From a virus (Duplodnaviria > Caudoviricetes), in the IMG/VR virus record IMGVR_UViG_3300046000_006661, positions 1,821-65,820 of that record: 64,000 nt of DNA. One strand, 5' to 3'. Position numbers and translations under genes: made by a program. Of this stretch, positions 29,041 through 38,027 are shown piece by piece; positions within the stretch are counted from its first letter, which is position 1, and every line of letters begins with the position of its first letter. The notes beneath the pieces were generated by a model. That model searched no databases, had not been told where the DNA came from, and worked only from the letters and a program-made list of their open reading frames with translations.

Positions 29041-29816
29041 TCTTTTAGTAAAAGATCTTCCATATATTGAGCATTATTTCCTTCACACGAAAGATTTGCT
29101 AAATGTTGAGTAATCCATTGTTTTGGAGTTATTATAATTTTATTAGGATTTTTATTTAAATAAGCTCCCCACCAACTAAATGTTGAATTGGCTATGATAT
29201 TGTGATCACATTTCGACATTAATTCTAAATCAATATAATTGGCATTGTTATCAGCGAACTCAATATTTTCAAATCCCATATCTTTAGTAAAGTTTTTTTT
29301 GCACCATTCAATATCATTTGAAAAAACTAAGAACTTTGTATTTGGTGGCATCAAATTATAGGCAGTTTTATAATAATCGTATTCTAATTGTTCATAAAAA
29401 TGAGAAGATGATAAGTAGTCTCCTCTACGAACATGAATAGAGCAATAACCACTTCCATTAAATGGAATTAAATTTGTAGTAAATAAATCTATAATTTCAT
29501 CTTTATAGTCTAAGAAATACTTCTCACTTTGAAAGTCGCCATAAAAATAAAAATCTTCATTAATGTTCGGAACTTCTCTATAGAGCATTGCAGATTCTTT
29601 AAAAACTGGAAGATTTTGGGGATTTTCATTTGAAAATTTTATTTTAGAAAAAATTGTATTAATATACAAATCAAACGGGGAATGTGGGCTGTCGTCACAT
29701 AGCGATCTATAAATTTTAAAATTTTTATTATATCTTTTGGCATAAGCATAAGATGCAGCAATCTTAAATAAGATATTACCAAGTCCACTTTGCAATATAA
29801 CAGAGCATGTATTCAT
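29025..29816 (-). CDS. GT11 alpha-1,2-fucosyltransferase
   Basis: GLGN..F, G.FQSEKYF, SIHVRRGDY and CDHNIIANSTFSWWGAYL motifs. Confidence 0.92.
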   Translation of the reverse strand: MNTCSVILQSGLGNILFKIAASYAYAKRYNKNFKIYRSLCDDSPHSPFDLYINTIFSKIKFSNENPQNLPVFKESAMLYREVPNINEDFYFYGDFQSEKYFLDYKDEIIDLFTTNLIPFNGSGYCSIHVRRGDYLSSSHFYEQLEYDYYKTAYNLMPPNTKFLVFSNDIEWCKKNFTKDMGFENIEFADNNANYIDLELMSKCDHNIIANSTFSWWGAYLNKNPNKIIITPKQWITQHLANLSCEGNNAQYMEDLLLKEWIKI

Positions 29817-30559
29817 TTGTGTATAAAAAAAACGTCCTTTCTGTCTATTTCGTATTGCTTAAATACACTAGTAAAAGGCTCTCCGATAAGTATGTTTTTG
29901 TCGGCAAGATGTTTTCTAAAAACATATTGACCAACCCACATATCAGAATTAAACTCTGGTTCTCCAAGCCTTATTCTTGTTTCGCAAAATTGATTTAAAA
30001 ATAACATTATGTTGTAATAATTACCACCAATTACGCCCATGTTAATGAGTTCCCATCGACCTGCCATAATGGAGAATAAAACATAGTCATCCCATCCAAC
30101 TTGTTGATGAAGATCTAAATAAGCAAACTCATTGAGCATAATGCTGTCTTTGCATACAAATAAATCAGTATCAGAAAACTCCGCAATGATTTGAGAAGGA
30201 TCTTTGACAACTGTTACATCTGATCCATCAGTAAGAAATACGCTATCGAATTTGTTTTCTTCCAAGTAATTTCGATAGCAAAAAAATCTCCAATCATTAT
30301 TAGAGTAATCGGATGGAGATACTTTGACAAATTTAATCTTGTCAGTGGTATATTTACTCAAAAAGTCATCAGATAAATTGTCGTAAAAAATACGACCTTC
30401 GAGACCAAGTTTATCAACTGAACTATACCAAGGCTCAATATATTTAAAATCATTTTGCGCAACGCGACCGTCTGCTTGACGACCGATTACCCAAGGATCA
30501 TTAGGATCATTAGGATGTTGCTTTAGAGAGAAGTAAGAAGTAAAAATGACTGAACTCAC
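29813..30559 (-). CDS. Putative GT-A-fold glycosyltransferase
   Basis: RF..Y..YL....FDSVFLTDGSDV and INMGVIGG motifs; located in the glycan cluster. Confidence 0.6.
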   Translation of the reverse strand: MSSVIFTSYFSLKQHPNDPNDPWVIGRQADGRVAQNDFKYIEPWYSSVDKLGLEGRIFYDNLSDDFLSKYTTDKIKFVKVSPSDYSNNDWRFFCYRNYLEENKFDSVFLTDGSDVTVVKDPSQIIAEFSDTDLFVCKDSIMLNEFAYLDLHQQVGWDDYVLFSIMAGRWELINMGVIGGNYYNIMLFLNQFCETRIRLGEPEFNSDMWVGQYVFRKHLADKNILIGEPFTSVFKQYEIDRKDVFFIHK

Positions 30560-30572
30560 AGCCTATTTTAAC

Positions 30573-31547
30573 TTACAAATCAACTTCTTCAACCTGAATT
30601 TCTACATTTTGTAATTCTGGATATTCTGCAATAATTTCGTCGTATTCGACAAATTCAGAGTCATCCCAATCCCAATCCATTCCATCATCATCGCTCAAAA
30701 GGAATTCTTCTGATGCCATAGATGATACAGGCTTCTTGCTCCAGAATCGGCAGCTCCAGTAACGAGCTTTCCAGCGAGGACCAACATTGGTATCACACTG
30801 ATGTCGGGCGCGGAAGTTTTTTCTGCGATCTGGATCGTCTCTGCGAATCTCCATGTTAGGATCGCCGAACTTAACCATCACAGTGTTGCCTTTGTCATTT
30901 TTGACATAGACACCGAATTTTTTGTTGGAGCCACTTGGAAGACGGAACGGTTTGCCAAGAGTCTTCTTCTCAGCTTCGCTATAATCAATATCAAAGAGAT
31001 CAATGTCTCCTTCTTCATCCAAGTCTACATTAGCTTTCAAAAGGTCAATACGCGCCAAATCAAAGTCAATAGAATCAAACTCCCAAAATACATCTTCTGG
31101 CTTTTGTTCGTAATACAATTCTTCACCAGATGCCACATCTTGATCGGCAGCGCGATAGGAATTCTTTACTTTGCCGCCAGCTTGCATCTTCAAAAACATA
31201 TTGACGCGAGCCATTGCCCAGCTGTTTCTATTCTGTCCTGGTCTGTGAGACGAAGAAAATGCGCCTAAACCACGACGATAAACTTTCTTCAATTGAGAAA
31301 GCGTGACTTTTTTGCTGTGTTTTTCGTTATGGTTTTTGACTTTCTCTTGCAAAGAATTGACGATCTTTTCTGTAAATTCAATCTTTGCGCCATCTTTCGA
31401 TGCAGAACCTGCTGGATTTTTATCAGATCCTTTTTTGCGCTCGGACGGTTTAGCGGGGGTTTGCGCCCCGCTTTTTGGTCCAGATCTTTTAGCCGCTTCT
31501 GAATTTTCAAAGAGGTCTTTAATTTGCAAAGAGAAGTCTAATTCCAT
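30573..31547 (-). CDS. Two-domain basic/acidic protein (DUF5824-like plus DUF5754-like viral domains)
   Basis: LKKVYRRGLGAF..SHRP.....WAMARVN and VKFGDPNM.IRRD.P.RRKNFRARH..ARYWSC, joined by acidic linkers. Confidence 0.6.
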   Translation of the reverse strand: MELDFSLQIKDLFENSEAAKRSGPKSGAQTPAKPSERKKGSDKNPAGSASKDGAKIEFTEKIVNSLQEKVKNHNEKHSKKVTLSQLKKVYRRGLGAFSSSHRPGQNRNSWAMARVNMFLKMQAGGKVKNSYRAADQDVASGEELYYEQKPEDVFWEFDSIDFDLARIDLLKANVDLDEEGDIDLFDIDYSEAEKKTLGKPFRLPSGSNKKFGVYVKNDKGNTVMVKFGDPNMEIRRDDPDRRKNFRARHQCDTNVGPRWKARYWSCRFWSKKPVSSMASEEFLLSDDDGMDWDWDDSEFVEYDEIIAEYPELQNVEIQVEEVDL

Positions 31548-31556
31548 ACGAACTTA

Positions 31557-31562
31557 TTACAC
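31557..31562 (-). promoter_or_regulatory. GTGTAA motif
   Basis: 9 nt before ATG 31547, with an A-tract upstream. Confidence 0.6.
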
Positions 31563-31580
31563 TTTTTTTTAATAAAAAAA

Positions 31581-33233
31581 TCAACTTTCGCAACTAGAAC
31601 ATGTCAAAATTGATCGAGCTAAATCTTGAGATGGATTCGAACTTCTTTGATAATACAAAGATTTGATTCCTTGTTCCCATGCAAAGATCATCAATTCGTT
31701 AATTTCTTTTGGTTTTGTGCCAGCAGGAATCATCAAATTGAGCGATTGTCCTTGATCAACATACTGTTGTCTTTGTGCTGCGTGAATCACAACTTCTTTT
31801 TGAGAAAGTTCTGCGAACGTCTTAAAAACATTCTTTTCGTCTTCCGAGAAGAATTCAAGATGCTGAACACTTCCACCATGAATCAAAATACTCTTCCAAG
31901 TTTCTTTGTCATTCTTTCCTTTTGATTCCAACACTTCTTCGAGTTTTGGATTGCGATAAGTAAATTGACCTTTAGCAAGATTCTTAACGAAGTAGTTGCT
32001 ATTGAGAGGCTCAATGCTAGGACTTACTTGCCCCAAAATAAAGCTAGAGCTTGTAGTAGGTGCAATAGCAATAGTCGTAGTGTTGCGGCGACCATAGCCT
32101 TTCAATACTTCTGGCTCGCCAAACATTGTAGCAAGTTCTTGAGAAGTTTTATCGGCACGTTTACGAATTTCTGAAAAGATAGAGATATTCTCGAAATGAG
32201 CGTCCATGCTTTCCCATGCAATCATTTTTGATTGAAGGTAGCTATGATAGCCAAGAACGCCCATTCCCAAAGCTCTGTGATTTTTAGCAAAGTTATGAGC
32301 GGCTTCCATCAAGCGATTGCCTTTTGTTTTCTCCACGAATTCAGTCATGACGGCATCCAAGAACATTACCATTGTTTCGACGGCATCAGTCTTTTCGATT
32401 TCGTCCCACCACAACAAATTCAATGAAGACAAACAGCATACGAACGACTCATCATTGGTAGATGGAAGGAAAATCTCAGAACAAAGGTTGCTTGCATTGA
32501 TTTTATATTCTTTGTCTTTGTAGACTTGTGGAGCTTGATTGTTAGCGTTATCTGTAAAGAAAACGTAAGGATAGCCAGTCTCAGAACGCTTCTTGATTAC
32601 TGCTCCCCATCTGCGTCTTTTTTCTTTATCGCCATCAATCATTGAATTCATCCAACCTTCAGGAATGGTAATTCCAATAGACATTTCTTGAATAGAGTGA
32701 CCCTCAGAACGAATCTTCATAAACTCGTCAAAGTCACCATGATCAATCGGAAGGTATGCCGCGAAGCTGCCTCTACGTGCGCTTCCTTGGCTGATTATCT
32801 TAGCTACGTTGTCAAACAACTCCATGCATCGGACTGCACCCTCTGCAACGCCACCTGTTGAAATTTTAGAACCTCTTGGGCGAATGTCGCCAAAATATCC
32901 AGATGTTCCGCCACCAACTTTAGTCATCATTCCGACTTCTGCTTGTTTAGTTAAGAAAGCTTCGATGCTATCAGAGATGTGGCTGTTAAAGCAAGAAATT
33001 GGATTGCCTCTTTCGTTTCCGAAGTTCATCCACACAGGAGTGGAGAGGCTGTAAAAGCCGCGAGACATGTAATCAACAAACTTAGCCGCAAAACCTTCGA
33101 TGCCAAGTATTTTTTGCGCTGTATTAGCAATTTCTTGAATTCTTTCGATGGGGGATTGACCCTCACTTAGATAACCTTGCTCCAAGAATTTAATGGAGTC
33201 TTCATTTAGCCAGTAGTATTTTTCTTTCGTCAT
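31581..33233 (-). CDS. nrdA: Ribonucleotide reductase class I alpha subunit (short, no ATP cone)
   Basis: ISCF, SNLCSEI, APTTSSS and SLYY motifs; C-terminal CxxC. Confidence 0.95.
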   Translation of the reverse strand: MTKEKYYWLNEDSIKFLEQGYLSEGQSPIERIQEIANTAQKILGIEGFAAKFVDYMSRGFYSLSTPVWMNFGNERGNPISCFNSHISDSIEAFLTKQAEVGMMTKVGGGTSGYFGDIRPRGSKISTGGVAEGAVRCMELFDNVAKIISQGSARRGSFAAYLPIDHGDFDEFMKIRSEGHSIQEMSIGITIPEGWMNSMIDGDKEKRRRWGAVIKKRSETGYPYVFFTDNANNQAPQVYKDKEYKINASNLCSEIFLPSTNDESFVCCLSSLNLLWWDEIEKTDAVETMVMFLDAVMTEFVEKTKGNRLMEAAHNFAKNHRALGMGVLGYHSYLQSKMIAWESMDAHFENISIFSEIRKRADKTSQELATMFGEPEVLKGYGRRNTTTIAIAPTTSSSFILGQVSPSIEPLNSNYFVKNLAKGQFTYRNPKLEEVLESKGKNDKETWKSILIHGGSVQHLEFFSEDEKNVFKTFAELSQKEVVIHAAQRQQYVDQGQSLNLMIPAGTKPKEINELMIFAWEQGIKSLYYQRSSNPSQDLARSILTCSSCES

Positions 33234-33236
33234 AAA

Positions 33237-34208
33237 TTAAAACAGTTCGTCTTCGTCGTAGGATTGTGAATTTTTCGCATACTCTACGGGTCTGGAATGG
33301 AAAAAGTCAGTTTGATTAGGTGCGAGAACTTGCTCGTCGAACCAAAATGTATCATCCAATAATTGATTGTCAATATCAAAAACTGGAGAAAATCCAATTC
33401 CCGATAACGACTCATTGATTCTGTTTTTAATAAATTCTTTCAATACGGGAGCAGAAAGACCAGGCTCTTGAATTCCATTTACCATCCAATCAATGATTTT
33501 GCTTTCTGCAATAAAAGCTTGCTCTGCTTCGTGAGCGATACGATCCTGCAACTCTTGGTCGAAAAGTTCTGGATATTCTTCGCGAATGGTGCTGATAATT
33601 TTCATGCCGACCATTGCGTGAATCGCTTCTTCATTGCGTGTATAGCGAACTTGCTGGTCGGTATCTTTAAGAACATTCTTATTCTTGGCAAACCAATTGA
33701 TTACGTAAAACTGACTGAACAAAGAGACGTTCTCAACGAAAAGAGTGAACAAGATCAAAGCGTAAAGATACTGCTTCTTGGAATCTTTGTAAAAGCGATG
33801 TGTGTATTTCTTGAGATACTTCACGCGCCCTTGAATCCACTCCAGCTTGAGGTTTTCCTCGAATACATCTTCCATGTCCAATTCACGCAAAAGGCGCTCG
33901 TAAGCGTTGTTGTGAATTACCTCTACATTCGCCATTACGAAGCCCAGATCGGAAAGTGAGGGGTGGGGAAGGTTTTCGCCTAACTTAGCCCAGAATGTCT
34001 TAACGGCTACCTCAATTTGCCCAATTGCAGACAATGTTCTCACGATGATTTCGCGCTCCTTGTCATTCAGAACAGTTTTGAATTGGTGAAAGTCTGTTTT
34101 GAAGCTGAATTCTTTGTCAGTCCAAAATCCCTGATGCATTGCATCAATGAATTGTTCAGTCCATGGATATTTATTCGGTTTACGTGAGATTTGTTCTTCA
34201 AAGATCAT
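33237..34208 (-). CDS. nrdB: Ribonucleotide reductase class I beta subunit
   Basis: EVIHNNAY, VENVSLFSQF, EEAIH and DFF motifs. Confidence 0.95.
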   Translation of the reverse strand: MIFEEQISRKPNKYPWTEQFIDAMHQGFWTDKEFSFKTDFHQFKTVLNDKEREIIVRTLSAIGQIEVAVKTFWAKLGENLPHPSLSDLGFVMANVEVIHNNAYERLLRELDMEDVFEENLKLEWIQGRVKYLKKYTHRFYKDSKKQYLYALILFTLFVENVSLFSQFYVINWFAKNKNVLKDTDQQVRYTRNEEAIHAMVGMKIISTIREEYPELFDQELQDRIAHEAEQAFIAESKIIDWMVNGIQEPGLSAPVLKEFIKNRINESLSGIGFSPVFDIDNQLLDDTFWFDEQVLAPNQTDFFHSRPVEYAKNSQSYDEDELF

Positions 34209-34218
34209 AGCAATTTGT

Positions 34219-34224
34219 TTACAC
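34219..34224 (-). promoter_or_regulatory. GTGTAA motif
   Basis: 10 nt before the nrdB ATG. Confidence 0.6.
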
Positions 34225-34279
34225 GAACTATCGTCAAAATCGCGTCAATGTCAACAAGAAAAATTTTTTATTTTTTTTC

Positions 34280-34307
34280 TTGACAAGTTGTTTTTGGTCA
34301 TTATAAT
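34280..34307 (+). promoter_or_regulatory. Consensus sigma70 promoter firing into non-coding DNA
   Basis: TTGACA-16 nt-TATAAT with a T/A-rich upstream element. Confidence 0.7.
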
Positions 34308-34308
34308 G

Positions 34309-34560
34309 AGTACGTAGTACTTAGCGACCTAAGACAAAAGCTTTTGTAAAGTCTATAACGTATACGATAATCAATAAAGTATTGTATAGTACTACCACTC
34401 TACGCTTATCTATACGTATACGCTTGCCAATAACTTCACGCTTAGAACTAAAGCTTTGGCGCAGAGCAATTACTAAGCGTTATAATTAATTTAAATCGCC
34501 CGAAATAAGATAGACTCTCTTTGTTCATAAGAACAATACATTTTCTTTTTTGATTAAAAA
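34309..34560. other. Palindrome/repeat-rich non-coding region (candidate replication origin or ncRNA)
   Basis: 14-bp palindrome at 34334-34347; CGTATACG twice; TATACGTATA; ACGCTT at 18-bp spacing; AT-rich 34481-34496; lies at a divergent strand switch. Confidence 0.45.
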
Positions 34561-34576
34561 AATATCAACAAATTGC

Positions 34577-34605
34577 TTGACAAAGTAATAACTTTACGCT
34601 AAATT
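34577..34605 (+). promoter_or_regulatory. Sigma70-type promoter
   Basis: TTGACA-17 nt-TAAATT, 8 nt before ATG 34614. Confidence 0.7.
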
Positions 34606-34613
34606 TCACTCGT

Positions 34614-34916
34614 ATGAAAGACAAAAAAACAACACAATCATACATCTGTTCTAGTGCAGAGTGGGATTGTCTTATCGAATCAGCAGAATCGCCAATGGCG
34701 GCTGCAATAGCAGCTTTAAATCGACAAGTAAAATCTTCGGAAGATGGATTTTCTGTTGGAGCGACAATTGAAGTTATCCCAGTCAAAATCAACAAAAAAG
34801 CGGCAGAATTTATTTATTCGCCTTTTGTTTTAGCAGATCTTGGGATGCACTCATTCGCAAAAGACCTCGCAGAAAAACTTGGTCCACCAAAAAATAATCA
34901 AGAACAAGGAAAATGA
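34614..34916 (+). CDS. Hypothetical protein
   Basis: First ORF of the rightward operon; overlaps dut by ATGA. Confidence 0.7.
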   Translation: MKDKKTTQSYICSSAEWDCLIESAESPMAAAIAALNRQVKSSEDGFSVGATIEVIPVKINKKAAEFIYSPFVLADLGMHSFAKDLAEKLGPPKNNQEQGK

Positions 34917-35407
34917 AACTATCAGTAAATTCTGTTGATTATATCAGCTTGCCAGCCAATATGGGGGATGCTGGATGGGACGTTATCGCACAAAGCGAGC
35001 CAAAGATTGTTGGGAAGATTGCCTATGGTCCATATTGGGAAAAGATCGACTATATCGAATACGATACTGAACTAGCGATTGCCCCCGAAGAAGGCTATCA
35101 CACGCTTGTTATGCCAAGAAGCTCGATTTCCAAGACTAATTTGTTTTTGCGCAATTCTGTTGGACTTATCGACAATGGCTACCGTGGAACGATTAAACTT
35201 CGTTTTGGTTACATTTTTCAACCTCACGATATGATTGTTGATGGAGGCAAATTGTTATGCGAAGTAGATATGTTTCAAATTTACAAAAAATACGACAAAA
35301 TCGGTCAATTGGTTTTCACTAAAACAATCGAGCCAACGGAATTTGAAGTTGGCGCTTTAAATCAAACACAACGAGGAACTGGAGGCTTTGGCAGCACTGG
35401 ATCATGA
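34913..35407 (+). CDS. dut: Trimeric dUTPase
   Basis: DAGWD, PRSS, GLIDNGYRG, IGQLV and RGTGGFGSTG motifs. Confidence 0.95.
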   Translation: MKLSVNSVDYISLPANMGDAGWDVIAQSEPKIVGKIAYGPYWEKIDYIEYDTELAIAPEEGYHTLVMPRSSISKTNLFLRNSVGLIDNGYRGTIKLRFGYIFQPHDMIVDGGKLLCEVDMFQIYKKYDKIGQLVFTKTIEPTEFEVGALNQTQRGTGGFGSTGS

Positions 35408-36006
35408 ACACTGAACCTAAAACAATTATTGGAATTTGCGGCAACGCTCGCTGCGGCAAAGATACTATGGCAGATCTAATTCAAGAAGTCTTGGCAGACA
35501 TTAATGTGAAAAGCAAGAAAATAAATCTTGCTGATTCTCTAAAAGATGAACTGCGAGACTTTGTTGACAAGACTCTTGGCATTGATGTGTACACCGACAA
35601 CACTGAAGAAAAAACAATCATCAGACCATTGTTGGTTACATGGGGAACGCATGTGCGCCGAAAGCTTGACAACAATGTTTGGATTAAACAAGCAGCGGAA
35701 AAGATGACTGAACAATGTGTCTATATCGTTCCAGATATTCGCTTTCCAAATGAGCTTGAGTGGTTGAGGCAGCATAAGAGCTATTGCATCTTTATTGATA
35801 GAATGGACGGCGAAAATATCGTTCCTCCAGCAAATGAAGAGGAGGCTGCTAACAATCCAATTCTCAAAGCTAGCTGCGACTTCCAGTTGACTTGGCAAAC
35901 TGTTGGCGCTGAAAATAAAAAAATGCTCAAGCAAGTTGCTATTGAAGTGCTTGAAAAAACCGTTGATGAAAAAGAAATTGAACTATGGACACAGACATTT
36001 CATTGA
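35404..36006 (+). CDS. Deoxynucleoside monophosphate kinase
   Basis: IIGICGNARCGKDT, ADSLK, R.LL..WGT and DIRFPNE motifs. Confidence 0.88.
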   Translation: MNTEPKTIIGICGNARCGKDTMADLIQEVLADINVKSKKINLADSLKDELRDFVDKTLGIDVYTDNTEEKTIIRPLLVTWGTHVRRKLDNNVWIKQAAEKMTEQCVYIVPDIRFPNELEWLRQHKSYCIFIDRMDGENIVPPANEEEAANNPILKASCDFQLTWQTVGAENKKMLKQVAIEVLEKTVDEKEIELWTQTFH

Positions 36007-36554
36007 TTGAAAAAATCAAACAAGAAAACGACAGCGAAAGCCTTCAGTGTCTTATCGACAAGCATTCTGGCATTTACATCGACACCGTTAATAAAACAAT
36101 CGCTAATGCAGCATTTTTTATTGATAAAAACGAAATCCTAGAGGAGAAAGATTATTACATCTATTCTGCTGCTTTAAAATTCGAACCAGACAGAAACGTC
36201 AAGTTCTCGACATATCTAGCAAATGAAACTCGCTGGCGCTGTTTAAATATCTATAATAAACAAAAGAAATTCCAACGCGAATCGCTTGACGATAACTTCG
36301 ATCAATGCTCTGACGGCTCAATCTTCTTGGAAGAAATACAGGCGCAGGAATCTCTTGAAATGATCATCAAGATGGCTAGCGAACAAAAAGATCAAAGAAT
36401 CAAAAAAATTATTGACATGCGCTATGGATTGACTTACAATAAGCCGCACGGATGGAAAGAAGTTGCGGAATCTTTGAAAATGTCCATACAGGGCTGCATA
36501 GATATTCACGACAAATTCATCAGCAAAATTAAAAAAATTATTCAAAATGCATAA
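35985..36554 (+). CDS. Phage sigma70-family RNA polymerase sigma factor
   Basis: Region 2 KFEPDRNVKFSTYL; region 4 IIDMRYGL....WKEVAESLKMS. Confidence 0.85.
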   Translation: MDTDISLIEKIKQENDSESLQCLIDKHSGIYIDTVNKTIANAAFFIDKNEILEEKDYYIYSAALKFEPDRNVKFSTYLANETRWRCLNIYNKQKKFQRESLDDNFDQCSDGSIFLEEIQAQESLEMIIKMASEQKDQRIKKIIDMRYGLTYNKPHGWKEVAESLKMSIQGCIDIHDKFISKIKKIIQNA

Positions 36555-36939
36555 TACAATCGTAGGAATCGGACATCTGGTGGCTGACCCCACCACTCAA
36601 TCAACCTCTAGTGGCAAATCTATTTGTCGCATGAGAATGTGTATCTCAGACTCTAACTCAAAAAACAAATGTTTCATTGACGTTGAGTGTTGGGAAAAAC
36701 TTGGCGAAACATGCCAGCAATATCTAGTCAAAGGTCGTCAAATTTACTTTGAAGGCGAGCTTAGCTCCAGCACTTGGAAAGATAAAGATGGAACTGAAAA
36801 GTCCAAAAACTTTATCCGTGGAACGAAAATCAAGTTCCTTAATACTGGCGGCGGCAAAAAAGACGAAGCTGGCAAACCATCAGCACCAGCTGCAAAACAA
36901 GACAATTTCGCAGCAGACGATGATGACATTCCATTTTAA
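36547..36939 (+). CDS. ssb: Single-stranded DNA-binding protein
   Basis: IGHLVADP, FIDVECW and L.KGRQIY.EG.L...W.DKDG motifs; DDDIPF tail. Confidence 0.95.
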   Translation: MHNTIVGIGHLVADPTTQSTSSGKSICRMRMCISDSNSKNKCFIDVECWEKLGETCQQYLVKGRQIYFEGELSSSTWKDKDGTEKSKNFIRGTKIKFLNTGGGKKDEAGKPSAPAAKQDNFAADDDDIPF

Positions 36940-36944
36940 TTGAT

Positions 36945-38027
36945 ATGAAAAGCCTAATAGTAGAAGCTCCACTTAATTCCCTTAGTTTCGGAAATGTTTC
37001 TTTTAACATTCTTCGGGAGTTGTATAAATTGAATTTTGATATTGGGCTTTTTCCAATTGGAAATGTTGACTTGTCTACTTTCAAAGTCTCAGAAGACTTT
37101 AAACAATATTTGCAGAGAGCAATTGATAATCGTTACTCGGCGTTGTCACATGGATCTCCATCACTGAAGTTATGGCATTTCAGTGGTGGAGAAGACAGAA
37201 AATCTCACTGTCAAAATCTTTTTACATTTTACGAGTGCAGCGAACCCACTGATATAGAAGTCGCTATTGCCAAATCCCAAAATAAGGTAATCGTTACTTC
37301 CAATTATGCGCTGGACTTGTTTAAACAAAAAGGGTGTGATAACTTTGTTTTTGCACCTCTTGGGTTCGATCAGGACTTCCAAAGAACTGATCGCACATAC
37401 TTGAAAGGCGTAACTCATTTCGGACTGATGGGCAAGTTTGAGAAGAGAAAAAACACTGCTGGTATCATCAAAGCATGGCTCGAAAAATATGGAAACAACA
37501 ACAAGTATCAACTTACTTGCTGTATTACAAATCCATTCTTTAAGCCAGAGCAAATGAATGAAATCATCAACGGTGTTCTTGGAGGCAAAAGGTATTCTAA
37601 TATCAATTTTCTTCCATACTTGAAAACTAATCAAGAAGTCAATGAGTTGCTGAACGCAATTGATATTGACCTTACTGGATTAAGTTATGCCGAAGGTTGG
37701 AATCTGCCAAGCTTTAATGCTACATGTCTCGGCAAATGGTCTATCGTCTCAAACTCCACCTCTCACAAAGATTGGGCTACAGATGAAAACGCCATTCTCG
37801 TTGAGTGTGATTCTCATATCGACAGTCATGATGGAGCATTTTTTACTACTGGTCACAGCTTTAATCAAGGTCCTTTTCCTGCTTATTCTGAGCAAGCCAT
37901 GATTGATGCATTTGACAGAGCAGAAAAACGCTTGGCAGACCAACCTATCAATACTGCTGGAATCAAACTTGGCGAGCAATTAACTTATGCCAATACTGTC
38001 CAGAAAATTCTTGAGTCGTTCTCCTAA
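36945..38027 (+). CDS. GT4-like (GT-B) glycosyltransferase
   Basis: GKFEKRKN and S.AEGWNLPSFNA..LGK..I motifs. Confidence 0.82.
   Translation: MKSLIVEAPLNSLSFGNVSFNILRELYKLNFDIGLFPIGNVDLSTFKVSEDFKQYLQRAIDNRYSALSHGSPSLKLWHFSGGEDRKSHCQNLFTFYECSEPTDIEVAIAKSQNKVIVTSNYALDLFKQKGCDNFVFAPLGFDQDFQRTDRTYLKGVTHFGLMGKFEKRKNTAGIIKAWLEKYGNNNKYQLTCCITNPFFKPEQMNEIINGVLGGKRYSNINFLPYLKTNQEVNELLNAIDIDLTGLSYAEGWNLPSFNATCLGKWSIVSNSTSHKDWATDENAILVECDSHIDSHDGAFFTTGHSFNQGPFPAYSEQAMIDAFDRAEKRLADQPINTAGIKLGEQLTYANTVQKILESFS

Noticed and set aside
34209-34613. tRNA or small CDS in the large intergenic gap
   Set aside because: No cloverleaf or TTC T-loop pattern found, and only a 3-codon ATG ORF overlapping the -10 box.
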